64,000 nucleotides of DNA from Rhizodiscina lignyota (Eukaryota), in the NCBI GenBank assembly GCA_010015805.1, contig ML978137.1:62001-126000 (forward strand), in the 5' to 3' direction. Below, in pieces: positions 10,741 to 24,147 of the stretch (its first letter is position 1; each line of letters begins with the position of its first letter). The notes under the pieces were generated by a model. The model did no database searches, was not told where the DNA came from, and worked only from the letters and a program-made list of their open reading frames with translations. Made by a program: the position numbers and the translations under genes.

Positions 10741-13109
10741 ATGGCACCGAATGAGTCTAATTCTAGCAAGCAAGCAGCTTGTCTGCTTTGCAGAAAGAGC
10801 AAGGTGAAGTGTAATCGCGATACTGGTGGGATTGCGTGCGAAAGATGCCAGCAGATGGGCGCGGAGTGTGTTGTTCCAGACTTCCATGTGGGAAGGCAAA
10901 AGGGCGTCAAGAAGTAATACACATCCGCTGGTTTTATGTCGCTTAATGTTCTGTATCGACTCACTTGAGTGTAGTAAACGTACCGGCCTGGATAAGGCAA
11001 TTTTTCAGATCGAGCAAGCAATCAAGAAATCGAAGACAGAAAGCCCTGCCAACGAGAGAGCTGTATCGGAGCTGCAAAACCTCGTAAATGAGGCTAGACA
11101 CACCTTTCCTCGTTCTGAGTTTACATCTCCGTCGACTCCAGTGAATCGGACCAGCGATCATGAAGCGCAGCAATCATCCGGCGAGGACCAGCTAGCCCTG
11201 GATGATGCCGAAAATCCTCTTCAACTTCTTGCGCGAGCATCTGATCTTCGTGTAGCATCTCCAGAGACGACAGATAATCGCAGTCCTTTTATAAATGCTT
11301 CAACTCCCTCAACAAGGCACCACCATAGTGAACATGGCGACCGGTCCGAGGTTAATCGATTTTTTCTTCCCATGAGGGCCACCACCGAGAACGGCGACGA
11401 TACAGACCCAATAGATTTGGGCCTAGTCACGATCGAGGAGGCCGATATGCTTCTTACATTGTACGTCCGTCTTGTACAGGTAGTGTGAACTGATCGTCCT
11501 AACCAAACCTTAGCTTTCATGAAAAACTTGCACATACACGCTGGGGTCTCGATCCAAAAGTACATACACTTAATTTTATCCGTAACCAATCCTCGTTTCT
11601 ATTCACATCCCTGCTAGCCGCAGCAGCTCTTTTTCTACCAACGACAGCTGCTTTGGCGAAGAGACTTGCGACGCACCGAACAACGATGGCTCATCGAGTG
11701 ATCACTCAACGCAAGCGATCCGTAGAGATTGTTCTGGCTTTTCTGGTTAATGTGCCTTGGATGCATCCTGGTAGCCACTCCGCTGACGACGATACTGGGC
11801 TGTATCTTTCTACGGCATTGAGCATTGCTCTCGACCTCTCATTGAACAAGATCATTGTCCCCTCTCTAGGCTTTAATCGAGAACTCCTGAAGCGGATAGC
11901 AAAAGGCGACTGCATCGACTCTCGAAAAGCTCTGTCTATGGATGGATTCGACGACTTGGAACTGGGATCGGAATGGGCCCAAAGACTTTTGCGCAGAAGA
12001 GAACGAGCATGGGTTGCACTATATGTCCTTGAAAGAGGGTATGTTAGGTATTGAATGCTCATATTCTCCTCTTACTAATGTCTTTTCTTAGAGTATGTCT
12101 AGCGCGCGGACGGAATTACTCTGTTCCAATCACTCCACTCATTGAAAACTGCGACACGTGGCATGAGTTCAATCTTGCCGACCCCAGAGATGGCTCACTT
12201 ACCTCAATGGCTGTGTTAAGGAGAGAGTTAGACGGCCTCTTCAGCACTGTACGAGCCCGGTGCGACAGCTATCGAGTAATCGATGTTGGTTCGCACGTTG
12301 CGCGAGAGATTGAAGCAAGCATCGAAAATTTCTATGATAGGTGGCTTGCGAAATGGACGGCAGCCATTGGAGAGGGCGAGAACAGAACTCTTCCACCATA
12401 TGTTGAAATTCTGGTAACACACACTCGCCTGTCGACTTATAGTGGAGTTATCAATCATCCCACGGCACCAATCGAAGTGAAGCGCTTCTTCCGATCGGCG
12501 GGGTTATCATCCTCTTTGAACGTCATGCGAGCTGCGATCCAGGGCGAGAGCAGGCTAATGTCCATGCCAAATAACACGGCGATTATGATATCCTTCGCGG
12601 GTTGCGTCGCCCTCAATCTTTGCGCACAGAACCACGGCGGCCCTAACAATCTTGCACCAAGTGTACGGAAATTGATTGAAGAAGCCGCCGGTGTACTGGA
12701 GCGAATCGGTAGTACGCCTAGTCACAGGAATGGGGCCTCGATTCTCTACGGGAAATATTTGCGGGAACTCGTTCGACAGACGCCAATTCTTCCAAAACTG
12801 CAGGAGAAGGATAGTGTGAGCGCCGTACCACCGCCGCCTACTTTCCTAAATACTTCTATGACGAACAGCTCAATACCATACCCGCAAAGCGAGCAGACTC
12901 AGACACAGCACCAAGCGCAGGCACAATATCAGCCGACGCCATTCTGGCCTGAACCGTTACAGTTTTCGGCCATGTCCGATAACGAGATCATCGAAACTGT
13001 TCTCAGGGCAGGATCGGGATTTGATACTTCTCTTCCGGATATCCCATTCGATGACACATCGGGCTTGGTCTGGTCGGACTGGATGAATGCACCAGAATTT
13101 GGTTTCTAG
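10741..13109 (+). CDS. Zn(II)2Cys6 fungal transcription factor, 4 exons
   Basis: Exon 1 from ATG 10741 encodes CLLCRKSKVKCNRDTGGIACERCQQMGAEC. The downstream exons carry AENPLQLLARA, DPIDLGLVT and RRRERAW, typical of the fungal TF middle region. Confidence 0.88.
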
Positions 13110-13625
13110 TGGATCATGGCCTTTTCTCTGCAGGCCTAAGGACATCTAACGAGCCAACCGAGACTCTATCCTCCGTTGACACTATCATCGAAGAATACCG
13201 CGGACGTGCCAAGTTTGAGTATTTCCTCTGGTGAAAGTGCGTTTGGGGGACATGGCTTCATCGCCTTTCGATCGACAGGTTCATCGGTTCCTCAAATTCT
13301 GAAGGGCAGCAATCAGAGATTGGATTTAGAACTCCTTTTTACGGCTTCAGCTCTGTCGGCATCCCGGATGGATCCGAGTATCGACCCCGCGTCCTTGTCT
13401 CTTCAGAGTGGTGGGCGGAATAAGACCCGCACACCCCTGTGACCCCTCAACCCCACATACCCCACATCCACGAATCGAGAATGGCTTCACACTTCTAATC
13501 GACAAGCTCAGGCTCGGCATTTGACAATGTACCAACCGCCGCACTAGGCATTCTAGTAACATTGGCCTGGGCTTCTCTTTCTCCTTCAGCAATTAAGCCA
13601 CCTCCGTAGATCAAGATCTTCCAGG

Positions 13626-14897
13626 ATGTCTGACACAGCTTCCAATGCTTCAAATATCCGTGTAATAATTGTCGGTGCTGGATTTGCAGGACTCACCGCA
13701 GCCATTGAATGTATTCGCAAAGGACACTCCGTTACCCTCCTTGAATCATTCAAAGAGCTCAAGCCCTTAGGAGATGTCATTTCCTTCGGTTCCAATGCGG
13801 GGAGAATCTTCATGAGATGGCCTGGAATTGAACAGAAGCTTGATCGAATCTGCCATAACAGCGATCGGCTACGATTCTACACATACAAAGGCGAACACAT
13901 TTGCGACCAGGTTTGGGACGACGACGTCAAGTACGGCAAGCGATTCAATGGACATAGAGGACAGATTCACGAGATCTTGTTTGACTACGCGCAAGAAGTG
14001 GGTGTGAAGATTAGACTTGGCTTCAAAGTGTCTGAGTACTTCGAGACGGATGATGAAGCGGGAGTCATCTGCAACGGCGAGCGAATTGCAGGAGACGTGG
14101 TGTTGGCCGCTGATGGTGTCCGCTCGACCGCGAGAACAATTGTGCTTGGATACGAAGACAAGCCCAAAAGTTCTGGCTACGCAATCTACAGAGCGTGGAT
14201 GCCGTCGAAATTGCTTGAAGATGATCCGCTAACAAGAGAGCTTGTGGCCAATGGAGACTCGCATGTAGGATTCCTCGGACCAGATATTCACTGGCTTGGA
14301 GCTGCGGTCAGTGCAACAAACTCATACAGCTGGGTTTGTACGCACCAGGACACGAGAGATGTCGAAGAGAGTTGGCAAGCACCCGGAGATGTTGAAGATG
14401 CATGCCGTGTGCTGGAGGGCTGGAGTCCAGTTGTACATGCTATTGCTCGCGCAACGCCTCCAGAGACACTCGTTGACTGGAAACTCGTCTATCGAGATCC
14501 ACTTCCAACATGGATATCACCAAAATCTCGTATTGCATTGATCGGGGATGCCGCTCATCCCTTCCTGCCTACGTCGATACAGGGCGCCAGCCAGGCCATG
14601 GAGGATGGAGTGACTGTTGCAATATGCCTTGAGCTTAGCGGAAAGGGCCACGAGAGAACTGCGCTGCGAGCTTTTGAGAAGATGCGATACGATCGAGTGC
14701 TTAAAGCGCAACAAACTGGAGTCTCCACAAGGGACAAATGGCACAAGGCCGATTTCGATCGTATTCTGGCGAACCCGCATCTTGTCAAGCTGCCACGAGA
14801 AGCCTGGTTGCTCGCTCATGATGCGGAGGCACATGCATATTCTGTTTACGCAGACACCGTCGCGAGTCTTGAAGCGAGCACGAAGGCATCTCTTTGA
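13626..14897 (+). CDS. FAD-dependent monooxygenase (group A, salicylate hydroxylase-like), intronless
   Basis: GAGFAG Rossmann motif, ADGVRS (DG motif) and LIGDAAHP...QGASQAMEDG (GD motif). Confidence 0.92.
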   Translation: MSDTASNASNIRVIIVGAGFAGLTAAIECIRKGHSVTLLESFKELKPLGDVISFGSNAGRIFMRWPGIEQKLDRICHNSDRLRFYTYKGEHICDQVWDDDVKYGKRFNGHRGQIHEILFDYAQEVGVKIRLGFKVSEYFETDDEAGVICNGERIAGDVVLAADGVRSTARTIVLGYEDKPKSSGYAIYRAWMPSKLLEDDPLTRELVANGDSHVGFLGPDIHWLGAAVSATNSYSWVCTHQDTRDVEESWQAPGDVEDACRVLEGWSPVVHAIARATPPETLVDWKLVYRDPLPTWISPKSRIALIGDAAHPFLPTSIQGASQAMEDGVTVAICLELSGKGHERTALRAFEKMRYDRVLKAQQTGVSTRDKWHKADFDRILANPHLVKLPREAWLLAHDAEAHAYSVYADTVASLEASTKASL

Positions 14898-15462
14898 GTG
14901 TCTGTGCTTTCCGCAATTCCGAAGAGGTCTTGCTTTCTTCGTTCCTTGCTTCAAAGATTTGGGCGAATCCCGACGCCCATTGGACGGTATAAAGAAAATA
15001 CTGGCTTGATTAAGCACAATCACTGCACTTCAAACAAATACCGCATTATCGGTTCAATGGATGACAGCGGCAAATATAAACAAGCAATTGCCGATTCTTT
15101 ACTGTCTGTGCAACGTGATATTGAAGATCCTATTGCAGACCCTAGCGCCCCCGCAAGATGATCGCCGTGAGTCGGTCTTTTCAGGAAAACTCCACAGCGG
15201 AACGAGCTTGATTCACCCCTGCACATAATAAACCTCGAAAGGGAAATTCTACTGGCCCAGAAAGTCATTATGTATGTGGGGCTGCAGGTTGGGACTCGAG
15301 GTTGCCCAGGCTATTTTCTTGATCGTCGCTCTGCAACGCACCTGATAAATTTCAATCGATATTTTGTTTGCACAATTCCATTTACGATTTTCCTTCTCGT
15401 ACGCGTTGGAGAAGCTCGAAAATCTAGTGCGGTGCTACTGAAATATCATTAATAAACACGAA

Positions 15463-17262
15463 ATGGCGTTCGGAGTCTTGGAAGACAGGCGTATGGAGCG
15501 AGTGCCTGGAACAGGTGAACATGCAGTTTCGAGGCCTATCATGTATAACTAACGCCTTTGCAGCATATGTGAACGACCAAGATGATTTGCCTCAAGATTT
15601 GGGCGACATACCGCGAGAACGACTAAAGCATGGAACTGGTAGATATGCGCATGTCATTTTGGTTCCACAACCAAGTGATGATCCGAACGATCCTCTGAAT
15701 GTTTGTATCCGATACACTAAGGTGATTCAGAGTCTTCTAAGTCTGACTTAACTCCAGTGGTCAACATGGCGAAAGGACTGCATTCTGCTTATAGTCGGAT
15801 TCGCAGCTGCGGTCGTAGGAGCGTATGGACCTATGCTAGGTCCAGGATTTGTGCCGATATCGAAAGAGCTCGGCATTTCCGTCAATACGCTCTCTCAGTC
15901 TACAGCGTGGTTAATTCTGACGATTGGCGCAAGCGTTTTCCTTTTGAATCCCATCGCAAAGAAGTATGGCAAGCGACCAGTATATATCGTTTCGATCGTG
16001 CTACTCTTCGTAGTAAGCGCCTGGGGTGCGGCGACGACGAAGTATCCTTCATTCCTGGCATCGAGAATCGTTGGAGGTTTTGGTATGGCTCCCTTTGAGG
16101 TCTTGGTACAAGCCACAATTGGAGACATGTATTTTGTGCATCAGAGGGCGACACGTTTGGCAGCTTGGAACCTGTTTCTCCTCACTGGAATTGCTGGGGC
16201 ATCATTCATTAGCGGATATATTATACAAGACCTTGGTTATGTGAGTCTTCCTCATTCATCTGTGCTGATGAAGAAACATGAAGCTGACTGAAACAGCGCT
16301 GGACCTTTGGCATATGCGGCATCTTATTTGGTATCAGCATGTTCCTTGTACTCTTGTTCGTCCCAGAAACATCGTATAATCGGCCTCCACCGCAAGACTT
16401 TGTTAGAACTGAAAAGGACCGTCCGGATGAGGAGATTGCACGGGAAATCAAAGCAGCGCAAGAGCATGTTGAGTTTCGACGTTCAAGTACTGAAGGCCCT
16501 CCCGTCCCAAAAATGTCATACACAAGGTCACTTCGCATCTACACTGGAACGTACTCTCGGTCTCCGCTCTGGAAAATTATGGCGCGTCCATTTGTGATGT
16601 TCTTCTATCCGGCTGTGATCTGGGGCTTCTTAATTTACGGCACAACGTTAACATGGATCGTGGTATTCTCTGTGGTAAACGGCGTTATATTTGTCGAGCC
16701 ACCGTATAATTTTACAGTTTCCCAAGCAGGATTGACAGGTCTCTCAGCATTTGTTCTCACATTGATTGGAGAGGTCATCAGTGGCCCTGCGAACGACAGA
16801 ATTTGCCTCAGTCTTGCGAAGCGGAATCACGGAGTCTACGAGCCGGAATTCAGGCTCGTACTTATGCTTGTCGTCGCTGTACTTGGAACGGTCGGTTTCT
16901 ACGGATTCGGATTGACTGTTCATTATTACACTCACTGGACTGGACCAGTTTTGACATTTGGACTCGCCAATATGTCTCTCGCATTTGCCTCGACATGTGT
17001 ATTTGGTTATGTGTTGGATTCATATCCCCGGCTATCCGAGGAGGCCTTCGTGGCGATCAACGCGCGGAATTTTCTCACTTTCGGCCTTACGTATTTCGTT
17101 AACGACTGGCTTGCGAAAGATGGCGCCCGTGCTGTATTCGACGTTTTGGGAAGCTGCTTCCTCGCCGTGTGTGCATTGACTGTCCCGCTATGGATATTTG
17201 GAAAGAGAATCCGAGGTGGGATTGCAAGGACCAAATGGCTCCAAGATTTTATGCATGATTAG
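15463..17262 (+). CDS. MFS transporter (DHA1/HOL1-like), 4 exons
   Basis: ATG 15463 starts MAFGVLEDRRMERVPGT. Motifs ILVPQPSDDPNDPLN-W, KYGKRP, DMYFVHQR, VPETSY and YEPEFRL, with many transmembrane segments. Confidence 0.88.
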
Positions 17263-17664
17263 CTAGAGCTCATTTCGGCCTTCCTCAAGGTGAGCAGGAG
17301 ATGTTTTGTGGTACGATTCAGCGTCGATAGCGAGACAGATCACTCCGCACTGTTTATACTGCTTTCGCAAATACTTGTGTAGCAGATTACACTCATGAAG
17401 AGCTGACTTCCAACTCGATGATGGCCAATTTTCTTTAACACAGGTGGCTTGCACTCAAAGGATTGTTGGACAGGAAGACGTTTTAAGGTCCGGAGACGAA
17501 CGTAAGACTGGCCGAACACGATGTCACAGAAAGGATCCGATCGGGAAATATGACAGTCAGCTGCACCATCAGATACATATATATACTAATCGATTTACGC
17601 ATTCGCTTCCACGAAACTACATGTCTTTCTTGCTCCGAGGAACAGCCTTCAATCCGTTGACAAA

Positions 17665-18705
17665 ATGACGACTAATGGAGCCATCAAGACCGTTACGACG
17701 ACCGTGAATTATGACATTTTGGGTCCCGATGAGATATATAAAATTGGTACGCACTTGTAAATTTCAAATTTGGCATTTTAATGAGCTTAGATGACCTGAA
17801 ATTCTGACTTCCTGTAGCAACTGCCTCACTGTACCAGAACCGTCCTTGTGATACGAAATCTGTCACCGTCAGTGATATTCGGCCCCACAGCTCTGGCTTT
17901 ACGCTCGACGGCCAAGGTTTTGAGCTTCATAAACATAACATCGACTTTCACGACTTTAGTGATAATGACAAAGTGGAATCAGAGTGGTGGCCAGCCGTGG
18001 CCGACTTTCTCAAGTCCAAGTGAGTCAGTCCAACGCCCTATGTCGCGACTCAGAAGCCCAGACGGGTACACAGATTAATAGGAAAACTATCTCAGAACTG
18101 GAGCTACCAAAGCCATCCCTTTCAGCCACTTAATTCGAAATCAGCCATACTCGGCAGCCGAAGAAGCTTCTAAGAATGCGGATCCAGATCAAAGTGTGAC
18201 AGTCTTGAACCCTGCCCGTTGGGTTCACATCGATCAGTCGCGCGACGGGGCACTCATTTTGTTGAAAGATGTTTTAAAGGACTCCTGGCTACAACTCTCG
18301 AAGACAAGATGGGGCATCATCAATGTCTGGCGGCCCATATCTCCTGTAGTCCGCAAGGATCCGCTCGGCTTCGTGGATGGGAGTACTGTTGACCCAGACG
18401 ATCTGGTGCCAAAGGACGTAAAGTACCCGGTAGCGAGGAAGAATGTAAGCACAACGACTAGCGGGGCTGTAGTACATCGGGTGTGTGGGGTGAAGAGTAG
18501 CCCGAAGCATAAATGGTACTATGTGAATGAGATGTCAAATGAAGAAGTACTGCTGATCAAGATCTTTGATTCAAAGGAAGATGGAAGAGTGAGAGAGGTG
18601 CCCCATACGAGCTTCGTAGACGAAGAATGGGAAAATGAGAAAGAGAACAGAGAGAGCATTGAGACGAGGTGCTTAGTGTTCTGGGAGGACCAAGATGCGG
18701 AGTGA
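17665..18705 (+). CDS. AsaB/CmcJ-like (GA4-desaturase-related) oxygenase/hydroxylase, 3 exons
   Basis: Spliced model MTTNGAIKTVTTTVNY...DIRPHSSGFTLDGQGFEL...PARWVHIDQS...INVWRPI...DPLGFVD...HKWYY...KIFDS...VPHTSF...RESIETRCLVFW. Confidence 0.8.
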
Positions 18706-19420
18706 CAAAGAGGATATGTAACTCATGAATCCTAACCCCCAAAAAAATCCTTTGACAGTTCTTTTCGTCTCGTATCTCTAATCCAGCAATCTCATCTCGT
18801 GGCACTGCAGCCTCTTTCCCTTGCCACCAAATGTGTTCTCTAGCGGATCGCCAGCCTCTGACTCCATCCCATATATGCACAGCATTGCATGAGTCTTCTT
18901 GGTAGGTTCATAGGTGGGGCAGGTATCACCGACTGCATGCGTACACGAACGCGCGTATCCAAGGAGTGAGAGAGACGAGCGTTCGATGGTCAACCGACTG
19001 AGGGCTGTCAGCATCGGGTTTTCGGTACTAACCCGCCTAAATGCCGGCAGATGCGCTGCCAAGCTTGGGTGGCGCGATATAATGTGCGGCACGAGCCTTT
19101 CACAGCCGTTAAAGGGCAGCCGTACAGCAACACCAATCTGCTAATGTGGCATGGTTCTAGGCACATATCATTCGTGGCGGTAGCCCAGTTCTGTTCTTGA
19201 GAGTCGCTCACTCTTTCTGCACTCTACTGAGCTACTCTCCTTCAGCCGCAGGGCAGGCCCTGCTCCGTGCATACGCGACTCGTCCGCGACGCGTCTGACG
19301 AGAGTCTCAACCGAAACATATCATTCAACTATATCACCGCTCTTGACTGATTCGTGAATCATTATCCATAAGTTCACAAGCTTCAAGATATAACTCGGTG
19401 ATCGAGTTAAATTTCGTACA

Positions 19421-21341
19421 TTAACGCTCTTCGTTTGGCTGCGGAACCGCCCCATCTGCAGCGGCGCTGCGCTTCGCCTTCTTCCTTTCTTTATCGACAC
19501 GCAATTGTTCCGCGCGCTTCTCCTTCTCTACTTCTAATCCTGTCCGTGTCTGCTCGTGTGTCTTCTCCAGACTCTTGCTGTGCAACAGCGCACAGCTCAG
19601 CAGTCCTGCTGCTGAGAAGCACGCGTATATGATCCACATCTCATGCAGCGCGTGAGTAAGGGCATCCTGAGCAATCAATCTTTCCGGCTCCGGTAGTGCG
19701 TCCACTACGCGTGTCGACGCACCTGCACTGGAACCCGTGAGCTCCTGTGTCGTTGCCAGCCCCAGGTCCGCTATTAGCCACCCAGCTTGCTTCTGCATCT
19801 CGTTCTGGAAGACGACGCCACCCATGACAACGGAGACGGTGAAACCGATGTTGCGGATGAACTGAAATGTGGATGTAGCCGATGCGATGTCGCGTGGGTT
19901 GACATTATTCTGCAGTGCGATCTGCGGCGCCTGGAAATTAGGACCAACGCCTATGCCCGCGATTATCTGGTATAGGATAATCTTGGCCCAATCACTGTTC
20001 CTCCGCAAATCGATGAACAGGCCATAGCCCAGCGTCAGCAAGATGAAACCGAACCACAGTGGCGGCAAGTATTGCCCCGTCTTGCGGATGAAGAAGCCCG
20101 TAGCCACAGACATGAACGACATTGAGAGTACGGTGGCCAGTGTGTACACGCCAGAGAGAATCGGTGTTGCTCCACGGGACGCTTGGAAGAATAGCGGCAA
20201 ATAGTACGCGCCGCCCATAGAGACGAAGCCGTGGAAGAACGACACCAGAAGGCAGCCAATGTTGTGCATGTTGGAGAATATACGCATTGGGATAATTGGA
20301 TAAGCCGCCAGTTTCCACTGAACAAATAGGAAGAGAACAGACAAGCTCAGCCCAAAGACCATGAGGCAGATAACGGTAGCAGAGTCCCATGAGAACGAAA
20401 CGCCGCCAAAGTCGAGGCCAAGGAGGAACATGACAGTCCCACCGGTGATACACAGACTACCGAGCCAGTCAATAGCCTTGAGTCCGTCCCAGAGCGGCGT
20501 CTGCGGGGTGTGTAAGTTGTTGAGAAAGACCAATATTATGATGAAGGCGAGGCCATCACAAGGTCTGTAGAGCGTTAGAGTCTTGTGTGCACTGACGAGA
20601 AATGACATGAGCAACTACATACAAGTTGATGTAGAAACACCAGCGCCAGGAAATGTTCTGAGTGAAAGCGCCGCCAATGAGCGGCCCGACGGCACTCGCC
20701 AGGGCCCAGACAGCGCTGATTATACCGTAATAGGTGCCTCGCGATCGCGGAGAGAAGATATCTCCGATACAAATGTTGACAAGCGTGAGCAGGCCCCCGG
20801 CACCGACGCCTTGAATGGCACGGGCGACAATGAGCATTCCAATATTGATGGCCAGTGCGGCAACTAGCGAACCGATGAAGAAGACAAAGTTGGCGACGAG
20901 TAGGATGGGTTTGCGACCGAATATGTCAGACAGCTTACCCCAGAATTGTGTTGTGGCTGCAGACCCGAGCAGATATGCGGAGCCGATCCAGGTGTAGCCA
21001 AAGGGAGAGTCAAAATGCTCGGCAATAGTGGGCAGCGCAGTGGTGATGATTGTGCTGTCCAGAGCGGCGAGGAAGACGGCAATACAGAGCGACAGCATGA
21101 TTAGAGCAATCGTGCCCGTACTCTTCGTCTCTTCCAGCCTTGGAGACTGAGCGGACGCATTGTTCGCAGGCTTCTCTTTGGCTGTTGGATCAGACCATAC
21201 CATTCCAGATACCCCAGAGGCTAGAGTTTCGGGATCCTCAGACAGCAATCTTGGAACAGTCCTGCCCGAGAACGCCTCTGTACTAGGCAGAGTGGTAATG
21301 CCGTTCTTAGTGCCCCCGATTTCTCCCTCATAGACAGACAT
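19421..21341 (-). CDS. MFS 14-TMS efflux pump (DHA2/AflT-like), 2 exons
   Basis: Motifs [46 protein letters not shown] and [11 protein letters not shown]. There is one intron near 20570-20620. Confidence 0.92.
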
Positions 21342-21545
21342 GATTATGATTATGATGTTGAAGTGTGTGTGGGCAAGGAAACAGTTACTGATGCGACGCA
21401 CCTGAAGGCGAGATGGGAGCTATATGACTGATTCAAAATTAGATATATACACACCAAGAAAGGTCGGCTACAATTTCTGGCCACGCTCGTACTGTGTCTC
21501 ATCTCGCTTGATATTCCTTTCACACACCTTGGAAGGATGATCTTG

Positions 21546-21880
21546 CTCCGCTATCGCGGAGAATCAACACACGATTAGTTACCATTTCGCCATTTAGCTA
21601 AGCCCAAACCCCCGTGGAAGAGGACAGATGCAGAAGCATATCGTCGGAACTTTTAGACACCCACTGTTGTCAAGCCCAGCACCGAAAGTCCGTGGAGGAT
21701 TCAGTCGCCAGGCCTAAGGTCAGCCACACCCGTGGGTGTTGTCTCAAATTAATGCACGACTGAAATAATTTATACAATCACGTGCGGATTCCAGGAGGAT
21801 ATGCAGAGGAAAAGTTGGGGTGTGCCTCCGTGATTGCAACGCGCTGTAAAAGAGCGGGTCTGCTCTCGGACGTCCGCGGA
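21546..21880. promoter_or_regulatory. Divergent MFS/TF promoter with candidate Zn2Cys6 binding sites
   Basis: CTCCGC-N4-GCGGAG at 21546-21561, TCCGTGGA at 21689-21696, TCCGCGGA at 21873-21880, and additional CCGTGG copies near 21612 and 21730. Confidence 0.4.
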
Positions 21881-21950
21881 GGTTAACGTTCTGTCTTCTT
21901 CCCTTTCCTATCTTCTCTCCCAGCTTCGTCGCATCAACATTCACTCAAAA

Positions 21951-24147
21951 ATGCAGAGGCCTAGAACCGGTCCAGATCCAGTCTCCTGTCAGTCATGTCG
22001 GTCGAAAAAGCTGAAATGTAATCGAGTCCAACCTTGCTCGAATTGCGCTGCTCGCGGCGTAACCTGCAACTTCGTCGTTCCGCCACAAAAACATACGGAG
22101 ACAACGTCTACCATACGCCACAATGAAGAACTTCTGGAACGTATTGAACGACTAGAATCCATTGTTCTACAGCCAAATTCTGTCCAGGCTCGTTCGAAAT
22201 ACAGCTTAGACAATAGTCGTCTCGTAACGCGACCTGCGATTCCCCAAGGCTCAGACGGTGTCGTAGATTCGGACGACCACCATGAGAGGGACCAAGATTC
22301 GCAATTACTTGAAAATGTAGGAACAAGAGAAGACCTGCTCGTATGTGCTTCAATGCTCAACGTACTTAAAGACTTGATACCTACAATTTCACTAACACTT
22401 GGGCAGCTTCCTCGTTTGTCGAATAGCTTAGTTTTTAAAATATGTGGTACGAACGGAATGCTTGAAGTACAAGCTTCCCTTAATCATCCTCACGTCGTTG
22501 TTGTGTTTCCGGCGTACAGAGTAGCGATTCAGCTTTTCCAGAGCTACGAGTCAAATCTGGACCACATGTGCCGCATCCTGCACATCCCTACTATCAGAGC
22601 CCTCATAAGGACCTTCTACCTTCAAATCAATCAAGGTGAATCTATTATCCTGGGGCAGGCTGCGCTGTTGCTTTCCATCTTCGCCATTGCTGCATTCTTC
22701 TACCAGCCTTCCGGGAACTCTGAAGTAGCGACCACGGAACAGAATGCCGTCCATCTCTCCAAAGTGTTCAGCAAGAGTGCGTTGGACGTGTTAGATCATT
22801 CGCGTCGAAACACTTCAGGCACTTTGGAAGACATTCAGGCTTATATTCTCTTGTCGTATGCTACTTACCATCTTGATGGATTCTCCGCAAGAGGTCGACT
22901 TCTGGAAACTATCGCTGCTTCTATTGCTCGGGACATGCGTTTGCATCGATTGGATGCAGGCAGAGAGCCTACCACTGAGACTGAGACTAACTTTCGAGTT
23001 CTAATTGATCTCGAAGTGAAACGGAGAGTTTTCTGGCATATAGCGTCGGCAGACTGGTGCGGCATCTCCTGAAAATCTCATTCATTACTTACTTCTCGGC
23101 AGGTTATTCTCAGCCATTTCTGGCCCACAAGAAGCGGCATACTTCATCCATCCAAATCAAATAAATGTCAGGCTTCCCAAAGACTGCAATGACGATGATA
23201 TTTCCTTGGGTGTGGACAACGAGTCAATGGTCGGACCGACCAGCATGAGTTATTTCCGAGAGAGAGTCCGACTCGCACATCTGTGCCGTGAAATAGTCGA
23301 CACTGTGCCGCCGGAGACATCGAAACTCATGCAAATGCCGTATGACCAGATCATAGCCCTGGATAAAAAGCTAGAGGATTATATTTCTACCTTGCCAGTA
23401 TTCTTCAGACCTGATCTCGAAAGTCGACAAAAGAGTAAAGCGCTTGAAACCGTGTTCCCAAACATACCAGTCATGCGAAATTGCCTTTCCAAAGCGGCTC
23501 ACACTAGACGATGCAAGCTACATCAAAAATTTCTACTTCGTCAATCGTATGATCCTCGTTACGCTTATTCGAGACGAGCATGCCTGGAGTCAGCACGCGC
23601 AGTCCTTCAGTACTTTGAAGATCTTCCAGGGAACGACTTTCCATCAACATCGACAGTGGCAGCTCGCATGGGAATAGCTATTCACCATATGCATCTCGCC
23701 CTGGTAGTGATGGTTATGGATTTATGCTTCAACAGAGATGAAGCAGACAGAGAAGAAATAAAGACAGAGGTCAAGGCAGCTCTGCGAAAGTTTGAGAATG
23801 CCAGAGATGTCTCACCGCTCCCAGATCGATTCTTGAGTTCCTTGTCGGACATGATGAGGAAGTATAATGTGCATCTCACGGATCCATCAACCCTCACAAC
23901 AAATCATGTTACCGGCTTTGTTCATGAAACCAAGCTTGACAACGACTGGTTATTGCAGCACTCTCAATTTGGACCGGGCATGGACCACACGGGTTATGCC
24001 CTGGAAACTCACTTCGACACCTCTTCCGACACATCTTTCAACGCCTCTTTTGGCGAGTTCTGGCAGATGGCAATTGAAAGCGAACCGAACCTCGATTCAG
24101 TTACCTGGGATAATCTGTTCTCTGCTCTCGATTCACAACCAATATGA
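21951..24147 (+). CDS. Zn(II)2Cys6 fungal transcription factor, 3 exons
   Basis: CQSCRSKKLKCNRVQPCSNCAARGVTC followed by the fungal TF domain (LHIPT, ARDMRLHRLD, EVKRRVFW). Confidence 0.9.

Noticed and set aside
18778..19310. Short ORFs and an imperfect hairpin (GACTCGTC...GACGAGAGTC) between convergent genes
   Set aside because: No family motifs; the hairpin is short and imperfect, consistent with chance.
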